The position numbers were made by a program, and so were the translations under genes. A stretch of 64,000 nucleotides of DNA from Epiperipatus broadwayi. Lineage: Eukaryota; Animalia; Onychophora. The stretch spans positions 19,964,001 through 20,028,000 of the forward strand of contig JAQFVV010000005.1 of the NCBI GenBank assembly GCA_028023455.1, read 5' to 3'. This document shows, piece after piece, positions 50,380 to 64,000 of the stretch (position 1 is its first letter; the number at the start of each line of letters is the position of its first letter). The notes beneath the pieces were generated by a model. It saw nothing but the letters and a program-made list of their open reading frames with translations, was not told the origin of the DNA and ran no database searches.

Positions 50380-52450
50380 TTTCTATTTATTTGATATTTT
50401 CATGCTGTGTTGATTTATTCAGCAGAACATTTTCTTTCTGAAATGCTTCAACACCATTCTTTGCTGTACCTTTTCAATGGAAACAATTATCATTGCACTT
50501 CTTTAGATATCTAAAAGATAATCCTTATATTGTAGAAGGAATCTAATTCTCCTACGAAACCATCCTCAAGTTCGCCATAAACACTACTTTAGGAAGTTTA
50601 GCATTCTTCATTTGTTTTACATGTTCAATCCAATAAAGATGTGAATTGTCAAGCATTGAGGGTCGAGTGGTCAGCACAGCTGCCTTACAAGCAGTTGTCC
50701 CGGGTTAGCGGGTTCGTTTCCCGGCCGATGCTATGACACATGAAAAAAAAAAAAAAAGATGTGAATTTATAATAATGGACTCTAATATTATATCCTGCAC
50801 GTTGAAGAATATATTGAGTAGTTTTGTAATCTTATATTTTTAAAATTTTATCGAACATTCTTAAATGAAACTTTTATAATGTCTTTATATTGTATTGGCA
50901 GTTTGCCCAAGTTTCACTTCCATACAATAAATTAGGTAAATAACAGCTCATCAACTGACATTTAAATTGGTAAATTCATAACCATCCAAACTAAAAGTTG
51001 TTGGAATTTTTCTTTCATTACTGGCTGATATATAATTTGAGTTCTTGAACATTGAACTAAAGTCTTTAAATTTTATATTTAAAATATCAATTATCATCAG
51101 ACTGTAAATTCAGAATCTAAGAAAATGAGGTCATTATTTTTGCTCTTAATTGATTCAAATTAAAATTTCCATTAACAATCCTGTACGTTGGTTCTTGTTT
51201 GATTAAATTCTCTATAACTGTCATAAAAATTGAAAACAATACTGGAGCAAATATACATCCTTGTTTAACACCAATTTTTATTTCAAGTACCACACACCTC
51301 TATTAATAACAGTTTCTTTCATTCCATCATGTAAAAGTTGTATTATTATACACATAAGTTTTGGTAGGCAACCATTTTGAAACAATCCATAGACCTGACC
51401 TATTAAATGAATGAAATGTCTTGACCAAATCAATAAAAGCAAAAAGTCAATCTCCTTTGTTACAGGCACTTTTTTTGCATTTGCCTGGCAACAAAACTGG
51501 GTCTCTGATACTTCTTGATTCTCTAAAATAACATTGAGTCTATGATAACCATTCATCTATGACTGGAAACAATCTATTTAATAAAATTCATCAAAGTAAC
51601 TTTGCTGTAGTGGATAATAATGATATTCTATGATAATTGCTACAATTTGTCTATTCCCTTTGCTTTTAAAAACTGGAACAATAAAAGTATTGTTAAGATC
51701 AAATACACAACTTCACGAGTCCATATATTCCTAAAAAAGTCCTATATTTTTGAAGTTAATATATTTCCATCATATTTCAAAACTTCACATATTTCATAAG
51801 GATCTGCAGCCTTTACATTTTTAAGATTACAAACAACTGTTTTGATTTCTCTAAGCTGAGTATCTTTGTCCAAATGTAAATTAGTCGATAAAATGAATAT
51901 CAATCCTTGTATCACTACTAAAAAGATGATCAAAGTACTCCTTCCACTTGTTCACCAAATATCATTGTCATTACATAAGAAAATGCCAGTGCTGAATTGA
52001 ATAAGATTGTGATACCATTTTTTAGGTCCATACTCTTTCAGTGTATCAAAAAATTTTTAGAATGATGATGATTAGTGAATGTCTATATCTTCTTTGTAGT
52101 TTTAATCCACCAATCATTTCTAAGCCTTCATATGAATCATTGAACTTCTGTCTTCAAGATTTTATATTTATTACAATGTTTCACACTTTAATTTTTTCTT
52201 CTGCCACCAGTTTCCTTTTGATCAAATTACCAATAATAGAATTATTGTCACAAAACCAGTCCTGAATCTTCTTTTTTCTTTATCTGTATCTATGACACAC
52301 CATGCTTTGTAATATGATAATCCTGGATGACCATATTAGTATTTGATACCTGTTAAAATTTCATACATATAATAGAAACTTCTGCAAAATAAATACCAAA
52401 TTTCTTATGAATATGAATGGAGTAAGATCTACTTAACCCATGTTACTGTT
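50380..52450 (-). mobile_element. Decayed RTE-type LINE (RT to C-terminus), interrupted by the tRNA SINE
   Basis: Minus strand NYHRISLLSTTAK (~51630), GVKQGCIFAPVLF (~51270), KLPKVVF.YGEL (~50590). Confidence 0.75.
50648..50754 (+). mobile_element. Short tRNA-Gly-derived SINE with poly(A)
   Basis: GTCAA leader + GCATTG...CCGATGC cloverleaf + TATGACACATG + poly(A); 13-bp TSD AAAGATGTGAATT (50635-50647, 50755-50767). Confidence 0.92.
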
Positions 52451-54092
52451 TATAATAAGCAAGTAAGTATTCAAGCTTCCATGAGGTAAAAGCATTTGGT
52501 ATAATAACATTATATATATAATAAAAGTTTAATTTATCTTAACTTTCTCAATATAACATTGGAGTATAACTATACTGATGAAATGAGTACAAATGTTATA
52601 TCACAAACTAATTTTTAATATCACTATCCTTTTCTTGATCATTATAATAATTCTAAGAATAGAAGTTATCAAGTTTGATATTACAGTAAATCCATTATCA
52701 TTTCCAATGTTCTTTTAAACATAAGTAGTAGCCATCTATCTGTTCAACTCAACAGTCATTTTATTAAAAAAATAATGTCAATCCTTAACTTTTACGGTTC
52801 CTTAGTAATAAATGTTGTTTTATATTCCAATTTTAGAGAGTTTCCAAATAAGTATAATTGACATGGTTGTTATATCTACATTTAGAAAAAAAAAAACTAT
52901 ACTTATCTTTACTACAACTATTGCCTATTGCTTAAATGAGTAACCTATCAGGAATAACAATTTAAACAGATAATAAAAGAGAAAGAGATTCAAGACCACT
53001 TTTAGACCACATTTTTTCAATTAGTCTATATTTCTAGGAGATAGGATATTTTTTAAATCAGGCTGTCAAGCGTTGTTAGCCAAGAGGTCAGCGCAGCCAC
53101 TTTGCAAGCAAACAATTGGTTGCAGACAGTCATTGCAGGTTTACCTTCTAGCCAATGCTATGACATATGGAAAAAAATCATTACACACTTGTTTATTATC
53201 CAATTATTTACTATTATACCATTCTGATTCAAGCAAAAAAAGATCTCATTACCAATAAGTATTGCGAAGACTATACCAATCAATCCATGAACTTACAAGT
53301 ATGGTCACATATATCATATGCTCTTTTGTTTGATGTATTGTGATTCCATTTTGCAACTTTTTCTGTAGCAAATTTTATTTTTTTGAAACTTGTTGGCATC
53401 TTGCTAAATTGCAATTCTCTATTATTCTCAAAGTAATCAAGACTAACTTATATGGAATGTCTTTGAATGGGTTCTTATAATACAAATAAAATATGTTTTC
53501 CCCAAGACCAAACTCAGTCATATCATGAAATATTTTTTTTGAAAGTATGTTGCCACTCGCTTCATGCTTCCAGTCCAACAAAGAAATTATTGTATAACTT
53601 CCAGGTGTAGTGATTGGCCATCCTTAAATGTAATTTTTTAAATTGTCTTTATGTTAAATAATTGGGCAAAATAATAATTTTGTATATATTTAATTTAGTT
53701 GTAGTAGTAATACCCCTCTGATGAAATACTATGTCTTTTACAATGTTAAAAATAGTAATAACATATTAAAGTTTCTGTTCAGTCTCGATATTTTAGTTGC
53801 AGTACATTGGAATCTATTAGTACCTCACCCCTCACTGCAATGGTTATATTATTATGATAAAATATTCAACCTTTTATGTTGTTAAAAGTAGCAACAGCTT
53901 AGTTATAGAAATTTGCATTACATTACTGCATTTGTTTGTATTTCCTTTAATATATAATGATTCATAATTTGTTATTTTTTATGTAATCAGTTTTATATTA
54001 TCTCTATAGATTTATATTTCTAAAATCTATGAAAAGTATAATTTAAACTAATTTTGTATTGAGTCTTTTTAAGCTCTGTTATGTTGTTGCTG

Positions 54093-54432
<340 letters not shown>

Positions 54433-55575
54433 AGATGTATGTCCAATATATGTTTTAACACATCCTGGGCAACCTATTTTGTTTACTACACCAATATTGT
54501 GTTGCATTCTTTTTATATTATCAAGATTTTTTTATTACTTACCCTTATAATCTTTTATTCTGTGGTTTATTATATTATATATCTTTTCAGAATACAGTAT
54601 AATACTTTTATACAATCTTACTATTTTTAGTCTACTATAGTTATTATTATTGAGCACTGCATGCTATTTTATAGTTAAAAAGACTATATATATATATAAT
54701 CATTACAAGGTAAATTTTTTGTTTATAATTTTAATTTAAATCAGCAATTTTTTTCTTCTTGAAATTGTAAATTGCTGCTATTTTTTTAAATAAAAACTGT
54801 AATTCCTGTTATTCTTTTGTTCTTTTTTAATGTTATTATTATATATAATATCATATATATATATTAGTATATCAAGGAAATTTGTAAATTCCTTTAATAA
54901 ATTTAATTTTGATTTTACTATTTTCAGTATTTAAAAAAATAATGTTAATTATTCTTTTGATTACATTTAGAAAACAAGGTACTTTGGTATAAGTCCTACT
55001 ATGATGTATATCTCCGATGTCATATTACTCTAAGTTTGCGATGTTTCAGATAATATCTCCAAATAATGTGTGGACAAACTTAATCGATCAAATTTATCTG
55101 CAGATACTGTAGAGGTATTATTTTAAACATGTTGCAAACTTAGAATAATACATCATAGCATGTGTAATATGAAAAAATAATAGAGACATGTACTCAGAAA
55201 AAAAATGAAAAAAGACATTTTAAAAATTAAATGAACAGGTAGTTATGAGTTGTGTATTTATTGGATGACACTGCGTGTCACTAAAAACATCCTTCCCTCT
55301 CTCTGCATATTGCAGTATTAACTGTGTGTTCAGTCTAAAAAATAAAAATAAAATGACAAACTTTACCTTTAAGATAATGAAGTATAACTTTAAGCTAATA
55401 TTTTAAAAATATTTCAAAAGAAAAACAAATATTTCTGACTGTAAAAAAAAGAATATTAAAAATTTTAAAATGTTTTGCAAAAATAAATAAAACATAAATA
55501 TAACAATGCTTAACTAGAAATGCATTTTTAAATTTAAAAAAAAATTATTTACAAATAATGAAAGTCACTGTAGTG

Positions 55576-56121
55576 CAGTGGTCTTCAACCTTTTCACACC
55601 TTCAGACCGGTAAAAATAAGGATAAGGTTTCGCGGCCCGGCAAAAATAAGAATAAGGTTTTGTGGACCGGCAGAAGTCTATAGATAAATTTTCTTAAAGT
55701 TGTAAACTGCTTAGCTTTAGATGAGCATAATTGTTATAACTGATCAAAAGAATGTTAAATATACAAGATGAATTTAAATTATATATATATGGAGTTTGTA
55801 TAATAAAAAACTTTTTTTTTTAATTTTGAATTTTTTTAGAAAAGTAATAAAAAATTTAATTCTACCCCCCCCCCCCCCCCTAAACGTCTGTGATAACTAA
55901 AAAAGACAAATTAATTTATGTATGATTGATTAGATTTTGTTTTCGTTCTGTTTTTTTTTTTTTTAATTGAATAAAAATGAGATGAAAAAATAAATAAAAA
56001 TTGTTTATATTAATTAAAAGTTTAAACTCTTATTATTTTGTTATTACAAACTTTCCTGCGGCCCGGCAGAAAACTTCTGTGGCCTGACACCGGTCCGCAG
56101 ACCAAGGGTTGAAGATCATTG
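55576..56121. mobile_element. hAT (Charlie/Buster-type) MITE, 546 bp
   Basis: TIRs CAGTGGTCTTCAACC / CAATGATCTTCAACC (reverse complement); perfect 8-bp TSD CTGTAGTG; subterminal GCGGCCCGGCA repeats. Confidence 0.92.
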
Positions 56122-57179
56122 CTGTAGTGGACTGAACTGTGTAATGTGTTCTAGAATAGAGAAAAATCTCAGTGAAGAGATCACAGTGGTAACACATTTT
56201 TTAATCTCATAATTTACCATATACATATCTTAATTGTTGACATGGATTAGTCATGCCAGTATTTAGTTGCCATGACATTGTTAACTTAAACTTTGAATAA
56301 ATATTACTGGCTGAAAATATCATTGGAGTAATAGGTCATAGCAGGACTAATACTAAAGTACCTTAACAAAATAATAATTATTTTTAAATAGCCAGATTAT
56401 AATAATAAATTTATAGAAGAAAAATTCATGAAATCTACAAATTTCATTGATATAATAGTATAATAATTATATAAGAATGGGTATAGTGTAAAAAATGCTG
56501 ACACCAAAGAAATAGTATGAATTAATTCTTTACAACCATTATGTGGACAATTACTCCAGTTCTGCCATCTGATGTAAGTTTGAGTAATCATTAAATGTTA
56601 TATATTGGTGCTTATTGAACTCTAATCCAGTTTGTCATATCCATATCCTCAGATTGTTTCTAGTTTATGGCCTTTGTCAATTTTAGATATCCTGGACTTT
56701 TTGAATGTAATGCACTTTTGATCCAGTGGTCACTTTCATTTTTTTTTAGTATTATCAAGCTAATGATTAAAACACCTTAATGTTTTGAATTTGAGCCAAT
56801 TTGCTATCATAGTAGATCTGATAATAGTTCCATATGTATATATTTTTATGACCTCAGTTTTTTATTAGCTATAGACATCTCTATTCTTTGGCCAGGATTG
56901 GATATAAAACTAAAGAAATATAATATGATATCAGCTTATTCATTGCTATTTAGAAAAAATTCATATTTATTCATTTTAGTATTTAATTATACAAAAAAAG
57001 AGATGGTCTCTGGATAAAATTTGCATTGGATCCAAAAAATCAAATGCATTTGATCCAGATTAAAAAAAACCCTCACAAACAAAGGCCTTAAGTTAAAAAA
57101 TGGGAGATATGGATAGGACATCAACAGATAAGGATTTAATAAGGACTAGTATTTATTAATTACTCTATTTTACAATAGA

Positions 57180-57964
57180 TGGCAGATGTTCAATAATATA
57201 GAGTTCGACTGTGTGTAAATGTGATAAAAGATGTGAAAAAGTGATTTCTAAGTGTAGATAGTTTAAAGAGAAAATAGGAGAAATAGAGCAAAATGTAATT
57301 GAGGAAGATAGGATAGAGTGAAGTTTTAATGGAGTGACAGGAGATATGGATGGAAAAATTAATAGTGAAATGGAGATGGGTAGCCAAATAATAAGTAAGA
57401 TAGAGGAAGAGGTAAAGGATGTAGAAACAAAATTAAAATCGTTAAAGATGAAGTGTGAGCAGTTGAAGGAATTTTTAAGTAGTAATGATAAGGAAGAAGT
57501 GGATAAGGAAGTCCAGAAGATAGTAGAGAATGTTATGAATGAAACAAAGAAAGTAGACTATGAGATAGTATTGATAGAAGATTCACTAATTAGAGAATGT
57601 GGAGATATAATTGCAAGGGAAAATAGAGACAGGTATGTAAAAGTATGTTTGCCTGGAGCTAGAATTAGGGATGTTACAGGTAAAGTAAAAAAGTAAGAGA
57701 GTGGAGATGTATATGTTATGGTAGGGACTAATAATTTGTCAGAGCCATCAAAGAGAGTAATGGATGAGTACATAGAATTGATTAGGAATTTGAATAAGAT
57801 TAAAGGAAGAGTAGGAATAGTTGGACTATTAGCAAGATTTTCCAAGATGTATATGTTAGATAGGGCATGTTCTATAAATAAGAGATTGAAAAAATTGTGA
57901 GAGAAATGATGTCATGTTTGTGGATGTGTGGGATTTATTTTATAGGAAGAGGGAGTTATATATA
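57180..57964 (+). mobile_element. LINE ORF1 with SGNH esterase domain, 5' part
   Basis: IVLIEDSLIR, KVCLPGARIRDV, VMVGTNNL: esterase motifs known from CR1/L2-group and RTEX ORF1 proteins. Confidence 0.8.
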
Positions 57965-59833
57965 TGTACTGGACGAAAGATTTTGGTTTCACATATACTG
58001 ACCACAAGGGCGCCACTAGTCTGAAAATTGGAATTAGACATTTATTTTAAGAGTGGCAGAATATACAAACCTGAATGCGCTGGACTAGCTCAATGAAGCA
58101 AGTGAGATCTTTGTTTTGTTCTGACAATTGGAAAAGTAGCAATAGAAAACAAAATCAGCCACGTAAAATGAGTAAATATTTTATTAGTAGTATAATTAAA
58201 TAAACATAAACATAGATAAACTTTAAAATCCACTTAAAATGCAATACTTGTATATTCGTCAAAATTAAACTAAAATATTTTAATATGGTTTAGAGAGCAA
58301 TTTCCTGTGCATGATATATCGGAAAGAGTTCAAAATACAGACAGTAGCAGAAAGTACTAGTAAGTATTCAGTGATTTCATGTAAAAAATGGGGGTTAGCT
58401 TCTTGCTTATAACCCATAGTTATGAAAAGAATAAATCCCTGTATTTGAGATTTCTGAGAGCTTAAGTCGAAACAGGAGAAATGCAAAGATAGCTTCCAAA
58501 ACATTAACTTTAAGAACAAAACAGGGTGTTGAAAGTTATTATTTTCAATCAATTGACCTCCCTCACAGTGAGGCAGGCTAGGAGCTCACGATCTACCTAT
58601 TGAGAGGGTTAAAATGATCATATGTGTTTCTAATAAAAAAACTGGAAGCTTGAAGGAATAAAATTAATGACTATTATATTTCATAATAATCTATCATAAA
58701 TAATTATAGTTTCTTGACATAAGTAGGACTAATAACAAAATCGGTCACAAGCCAGAGGTTAATTAAAGTAGTCTATAATATCCAGACTGCTCTCTATAGC
58801 AAAAAGAAATATGGGATTACAAATAAAACTTTACTATCTTACTTAGTAAGACTTAAACAGAACATATAACACTGGTTTGAATTTAGCACTCGTTTAAGAA
58901 AAAAATATCAACACACAAAAACTGAATTACATAAAATAAAAAAAAAACTTGAAACACATGTATACTTAAAAAGAAAACAAATTAGACAATAAAATTAGTT
59001 AAATTGTAGAACGTAAGGTACCTTAAGAAATTAGTTAAATGCTAGTGCACTAGGCTTGTTGAGTATAGACCATTGATCTGGATTCACTGATGGTAGGCTT
59101 GGGCGAGTCAGTCAGTGGTTTCTTTGTAGTTGGTTCTTATGGCATTATAGACACAGGGAGCATGAACCTATCCTGGTGAAAATCTTAGCACATCATGGTA
59201 GGAGAAAATATCCTTGTGGTAAGTTTAGTGTTCATTCTAAGTAGAATAATTGCCAGATCAGCTTTCTTTAAGCATATGCAGGAATTGTTCTCTCAGAGTT
59301 TTGCAGGAATAGTTTATGCAAGTATCTCTCAGAGTTTCTGCAAGAATCTCCTCGAGTTGGTATAACTATCTCTCAGAGTTTATGCAAATATCAGAGTTTG
59401 TTCAACTATATTTCAGAGTTGGTGTAAGTATCTTACAATAGCCTGATTAAGTCTTTTATAGCAGAATCTCTTTTACAAATTTAGGGATTAACAAATGAAA
59501 AATTCTTTTCTTTTTCTTTTCTTTCTTTTTAATTAATTATTGTTATCAATCTAAATCTTAAATCTGAAAAGCAATTTATTTATACAATTTACTTTTACAT
59601 AAATATATATAAAAAAACTAATCTTAGTCTTTTTTTTCAAAAGCAAAAACTAAATATAGCTGTGGTATTAAAATATAATTCCCATGTACATACATATATA
59701 TTTGTACAAACATAAAAAAAAAAAAAACCCTTTAATCAAGTTTTGCAAACAACCGAACTTATAAAAATTTATTTTATTTTCTTCACCCCTATAAAACTTC
59801 AACTTTGTAATGGTGTTTTAAGCATCCATTACA
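57965..59833 (-). mobile_element. ~1870-bp solo-LTR-like insertion splitting the esterase ORF1
   Basis: Ends TGTAC... / ...TTACA; the ORF1 reads ...ELY before it and KDG.L...GSEVLG after it; termini resemble 11583-13500; TSD not recognisable. Confidence 0.55.
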
Positions 59834-62800
59834 GTAAAGATGGTTGTACTTAGAAAAACAAGGAAGTGAAGTTTTAGGGAGTTTGATTTATAAAAGAACA
59901 TAGTTCAGAAAACTTAGAAAGGGTTGGGGTTTTAAGTGGAAGTGTTATAAGAAAAAAGAAGAATGGACTGGATGTTAGTAATAATCAAAGGGTAGATGAT
60001 TCAGATATAAATGTAGATGTTGATAGGGAATGGGTCTGTAAAATTAATGGTAAGCAAGTTATTTATAAATGTAATGGGGAAGAAAGAGTCAAAAGAATTT
60101 ATAAAAGAGTAGTTAGGAAAGAAGAATGGGTATTTGAATATGCAAGATGGTAGGAGACCAGAAAAGTGGCTAGAATTAAACAAAGCAATTAAAAATGAAG
60201 ATATTGAAGTATTAGCAGAAGTGGGAACACATATAAGAGAAGCACCTATTCTGGAAGACTTGGTATGGCAGGGTATAAATAGAAAAGAAAAAAGGGGTAG
60301 TGATATAGGAGTTATGTCAAAAAATATTTAATACTGTTAAATGTCAAGAACATTTATTGTTTGAGATAAGGTTAAGAAGACAATAATGAATGGTGGCTGT
60401 ATTGTATATAGCCACTGGAGATAGTCAAACTATAATGGAGTGAAACAGTAGCATATATGGATGCCTACTTAAGGATATACAGAGTTTCAAAAAAAGGAGG
60501 AGAAAATAATGGTTGTAGGGGATATGAATGGGCATATTGAAGAAACTGATGATGTAGATAATAAGAATGGACAGCTTTTGAAGAATTTTTGTCAGAGACT
60601 TGAATTTGAGCATTGGAAATTTATCAAATATCTATGAGGGATAATACACATGGTCTAGAAATAATATATTCCACACAATAGATTATGTATTAGTAGAGAA
60701 AGAGGAAATAAATAAAATGTGGAAAATTAAGGTGTTTGATAATGAAGAGAGAGTATACAATAGTGATCATAACTCTTTATATTAGAAATGATTAGTAATG
60801 TGATGGAAAATAGTAATAAAAGTAGAAAGAATAGTGAAATATGTGAATGGAGAGTGAATGATAAGAATAAGTTAGAAGAGTATAAAATAAAAGTTGAAGA
60901 GTTGGTTGAGGATGAGTATAAGGACTTGTGTGGTGAAATAGAAAGTGGCAAATAGGGTTTTAGATGAGAATATTTAGAAAAATAAAAGTAATAGCAAAGT
61001 GAGAGTTAGTAAAAGTATAAAAGAGAGAAAAAAGCATGCAGAGAATATAAGGGTGTTATTAAGAACAAAGAAAGTGAAAAAAATGTTAATGATAATTGGG
61101 AAAAGTACTTAGCAAAAAAGAAATTGGCTAAAATAGATAATTATATAGAGAGAATTAAATTGAATAGTAAATTTTTGGAGGATATTAATAAAAGTGGAAG
61201 AGATGGGAGTAAAATATTTTGGAAATACATTAAAAGAAGGAATGTAGGGGAGAGAGAAATGGTATTACTAGATGATGAGGAAATAGAGTATGGCTCTACA
61301 GAAGAATTAGAGATAATCTTAAATAAGTATATAATGGATATAGAAAAGATGTTAGATTTGAAGAACAGAGTAATAGCAAATGTGAAAGCATATAGTAATG
61401 GGAATATTAGGTTTACAGAAAGTGAACTGAATAGGCAGCTTTACAGAAAGTGAAGTGAACTGAATAAGCAGGTAAGAAATTGAAAAGTGGAAAGGCAAGA
61501 AGTTTGGATAGATGAGCAGCAGAGATGGTAATGAATTTGGGGCATAGGGCAAAATTGAATTATTATCACATTTTAATCAGATGGCATAGAAGAGAGAATT
61601 TCCAGGTAGTTGGAATAATACAAGAGTAAAGCTACTATTTAAAGGAAAGGATAAGGATCACAGACAGTTAAACAATTACAGACCAATAGCAGTAACGTAA
61701 GTGCTATATAAATTTTTTTCAAATATGATGCCTGGAAGAGTTGCAAAATGGATGGAAGAAAATAAGATAATAGAATGGGAGAAATGCAAGGAAGTTTTTG
61801 ATCAGATAGGCATATAAAAGATAGTTTATTTGTAGTTACACAAGTTATGGATATGAGTAGGAATACAAGTAGACAGTTATGTATATATGATTTTTATAGA
61901 TATAGAGAAGGCATATGATAGAGAAAATAGAAATAGATTACAGGTAAGTTTAGTAAATTTGGGAATGGGTGGAGCTTTAGGGGATATTATTAAAAAATTA
62001 TATGAAAATAATTACTATACATATCAATTAGGGAATGTAGAATCAGTTAAAGTTTAAAATGGGGTGGAACTAAGGTAAGGATGCCCTACATCACCTATTT
62101 TGTTTTTGTTGTATTTGAGAGAAATGGAAAGAGCAATAGAAAGACTAGAAAAAAGAGAGGTAGAGATACCATTAATAGGTAGCAAGGGAGTATATACATT
62201 GATGGGTCTTTTACCTGCAGATGATGTCTTTTTGTGTGCAGAAAAAAGGGAAGATATGGAAGTTATGCTGAGGACATGCACAATGATAGGTGAATAGATG
62301 GGGATTAAATTTAGTGAAGAAAAATTTAAAAGTAATGATGATTAATATTTTGTTGTAGGATATAAAGTTAAGTGTGGTGAATAGATATACCTATTTGGGA
62401 ATTATCTTAAGTAATCAGAGAAATTTCTTGGATGAATGGTAGAAAAAATTGATAAATGAAGCAAAGAAAAGAAAGGGATTGATAAAGAAATTAACAGTGT
62501 TTTTTTATAATAAATATAATGTTGCTAGAATTGTATGGAAGGGAGTGGCAGTAGCAGAGTTAACATATGGTAATGATGCATTATATATTAGTAAAGAGGT
62601 ATTAGATTACTTAGAAAAAGTACAAAGAGAAGTAGGAAGACATGCATTAGATGCAGATATGTGGATGGCAAATGGAATGGTCAAGTTTTTATATGAGAGA
62701 TGCAAAAATAAAAATGAAAATGTTTGGTAGATTGCAGTTTATGGATAATAAAAGAATAACTAAAATAGTATTTAATTGGTTATGAATAAAGGGCAGGCAA

Positions 62801-63050
62801 TAAAATGGGTGAGAAAAATAATGGGACATTCAGAAGTTCAGATAAAGGATTTATGTCAGTATACTTATCAAAAGATGGGATGATTGTGTTAGGAGAATTG
62901 TTGAATGTTATAGTGTTAAGGACTGGAATAGAAGCATTAAGACATAGCAGTAAGCAGAATATTGATTGTGAGTTAATTTATGATAATAGCAAAGAAAATA
63001 ATTTACTGTTTAAGGCTTGAATGGGATCTTTAGTAAAAAAAAGAATATAC
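59834..63050 (+). mobile_element. Same LINE, end of ORF1 plus decayed ORF2 (AP endonuclease and RT; RTEX or CR1/L2 group)
   Basis: VGDMNGHI, DYVLV, SDHN, NYRPIAV, DIEKAYD, GCPTSPILF, ADDV, YTYLG; many stops. Confidence 0.88.
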
Positions 63051-63199
63051 CCTTAGTACATTTATCACAGTTATATAGATAAGATTAAAATGTTCTGTTT
63101 AATTTACATTAAATCTTCAAAAAAATTTGTTAAAGCAATCAATTAAAAAAACCCATGGCCTTTATAAGCTGGGCACATCTAGTTTAATATGTTTTTTGA

Positions 63200-64000
63200 C
63201 TCTATACAGTTGTGGCTATCTATAAATACAAATACTCAGATACATTTCATGACATATTACTCATAAATAGTTGTTAATATATATAATACAATCAAAATTG
63301 TTGTTCTAGGCTCTGCTGTTGTTGTTTTCAGGTTTTGTATTAGGCAATAGTGGATGTTGGGAATGTCTGAGCTGGATTGGATTTCTATCTGAAGCTTATG
63401 CATTCTTCCTCTATTATTGCAATTATGTGAGTTTGTCATTAGTGTGGATGTGCATTGCTTGACCTATATCAGTTATCTGATCCTAATAAACTCCAGTCAT
63501 TATTCTTACACGATACTGTCATCTGCTCCTTGGTGTTTGTTCTTTGATCAGTTCTAATGATATCTTGGATGCTGTGGCTAAGATTGATTGCTACCTGAAA
63601 TCAAAAGTTATATGTTCATACAATATTACGATATGTGTTTGTATTATTTTACTACTTTCTGTGAAGCATATAGACCTGTGTAGCTACTTCTCAATATATT
63701 GCTTGATGTTATGTGTAATGATTTTGTGGTGTATCCTAGATTCTATGCTGACTCTTCTGATATCTGTTCATTACTATGGTTATCACTCATAATTCTTTTT
63801 CTTGTTGTACTGATCATAATATATGGTCTAGTTATAACTTTACACTGGTGCATACTGCAGTGTACTTTTATCCTGTATAACTACAGAGTATATAAACACT
63901 TTCTTTAGATTCAGAATACAAGTGGATCTTTTCAAAAGCAATCACATACTCTGACTACTTCTTTCACTTTACATTAAGGATCCTCATCATACAACTAATG
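63200..64000 (-). mobile_element. Probable decayed non-LTR RT fragment
   Basis: Minus strand GADDSIV (~63510-63530) and degraded upstream RT-like motifs. Confidence 0.35.

Noticed and set aside
50653-50731. Functional tRNA-Val(TAC) gene
   Set aside because: The body is tRNA-Gly-like with an 8-nt T-arm duplication, poly(A) tail and TSDs, so it is a retroposed SINE.

Overview
AT-rich, CpG-depleted eukaryotic DNA (probably an invertebrate, plausibly an arthropod; inferred from composition and TE content) dominated by transposable-element relics. No host protein-coding gene could be identified with confidence; only a few candidate short exons were seen. Recognisable elements: (i) several decayed RTE-type LINEs and one LINE with an SGNH-esterase ORF1; (ii) a decayed SPIN/Buster-like hAT transposon and two hAT MITEs with perfect 8-bp TSDs; (iii) Penelope-like element (PLE) RT and GIY-YIG relics; (iv) two ~1.9-kb solo-LTR-like inserts that each split a LINE; (v) a tiny tRNA-Gly-derived SINE; (vi) a long (TTA)n microsatellite. 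Main hidden signal: two unrelated, non-coding ~440-460-nt repeat families (called A and B here, five loci each). Each carries a minimal type I hammerhead ribozyme with a palindromic stem III, occurs as head-to-tail multimers, and often inserts as an asymmetric head-to-head foldback with a 10-14-bp TSD. This looks like a retrozyme-like, PLE-mobilised ribozyme RNA system. CpG decay has repeatedly hit the catalytic guanines.
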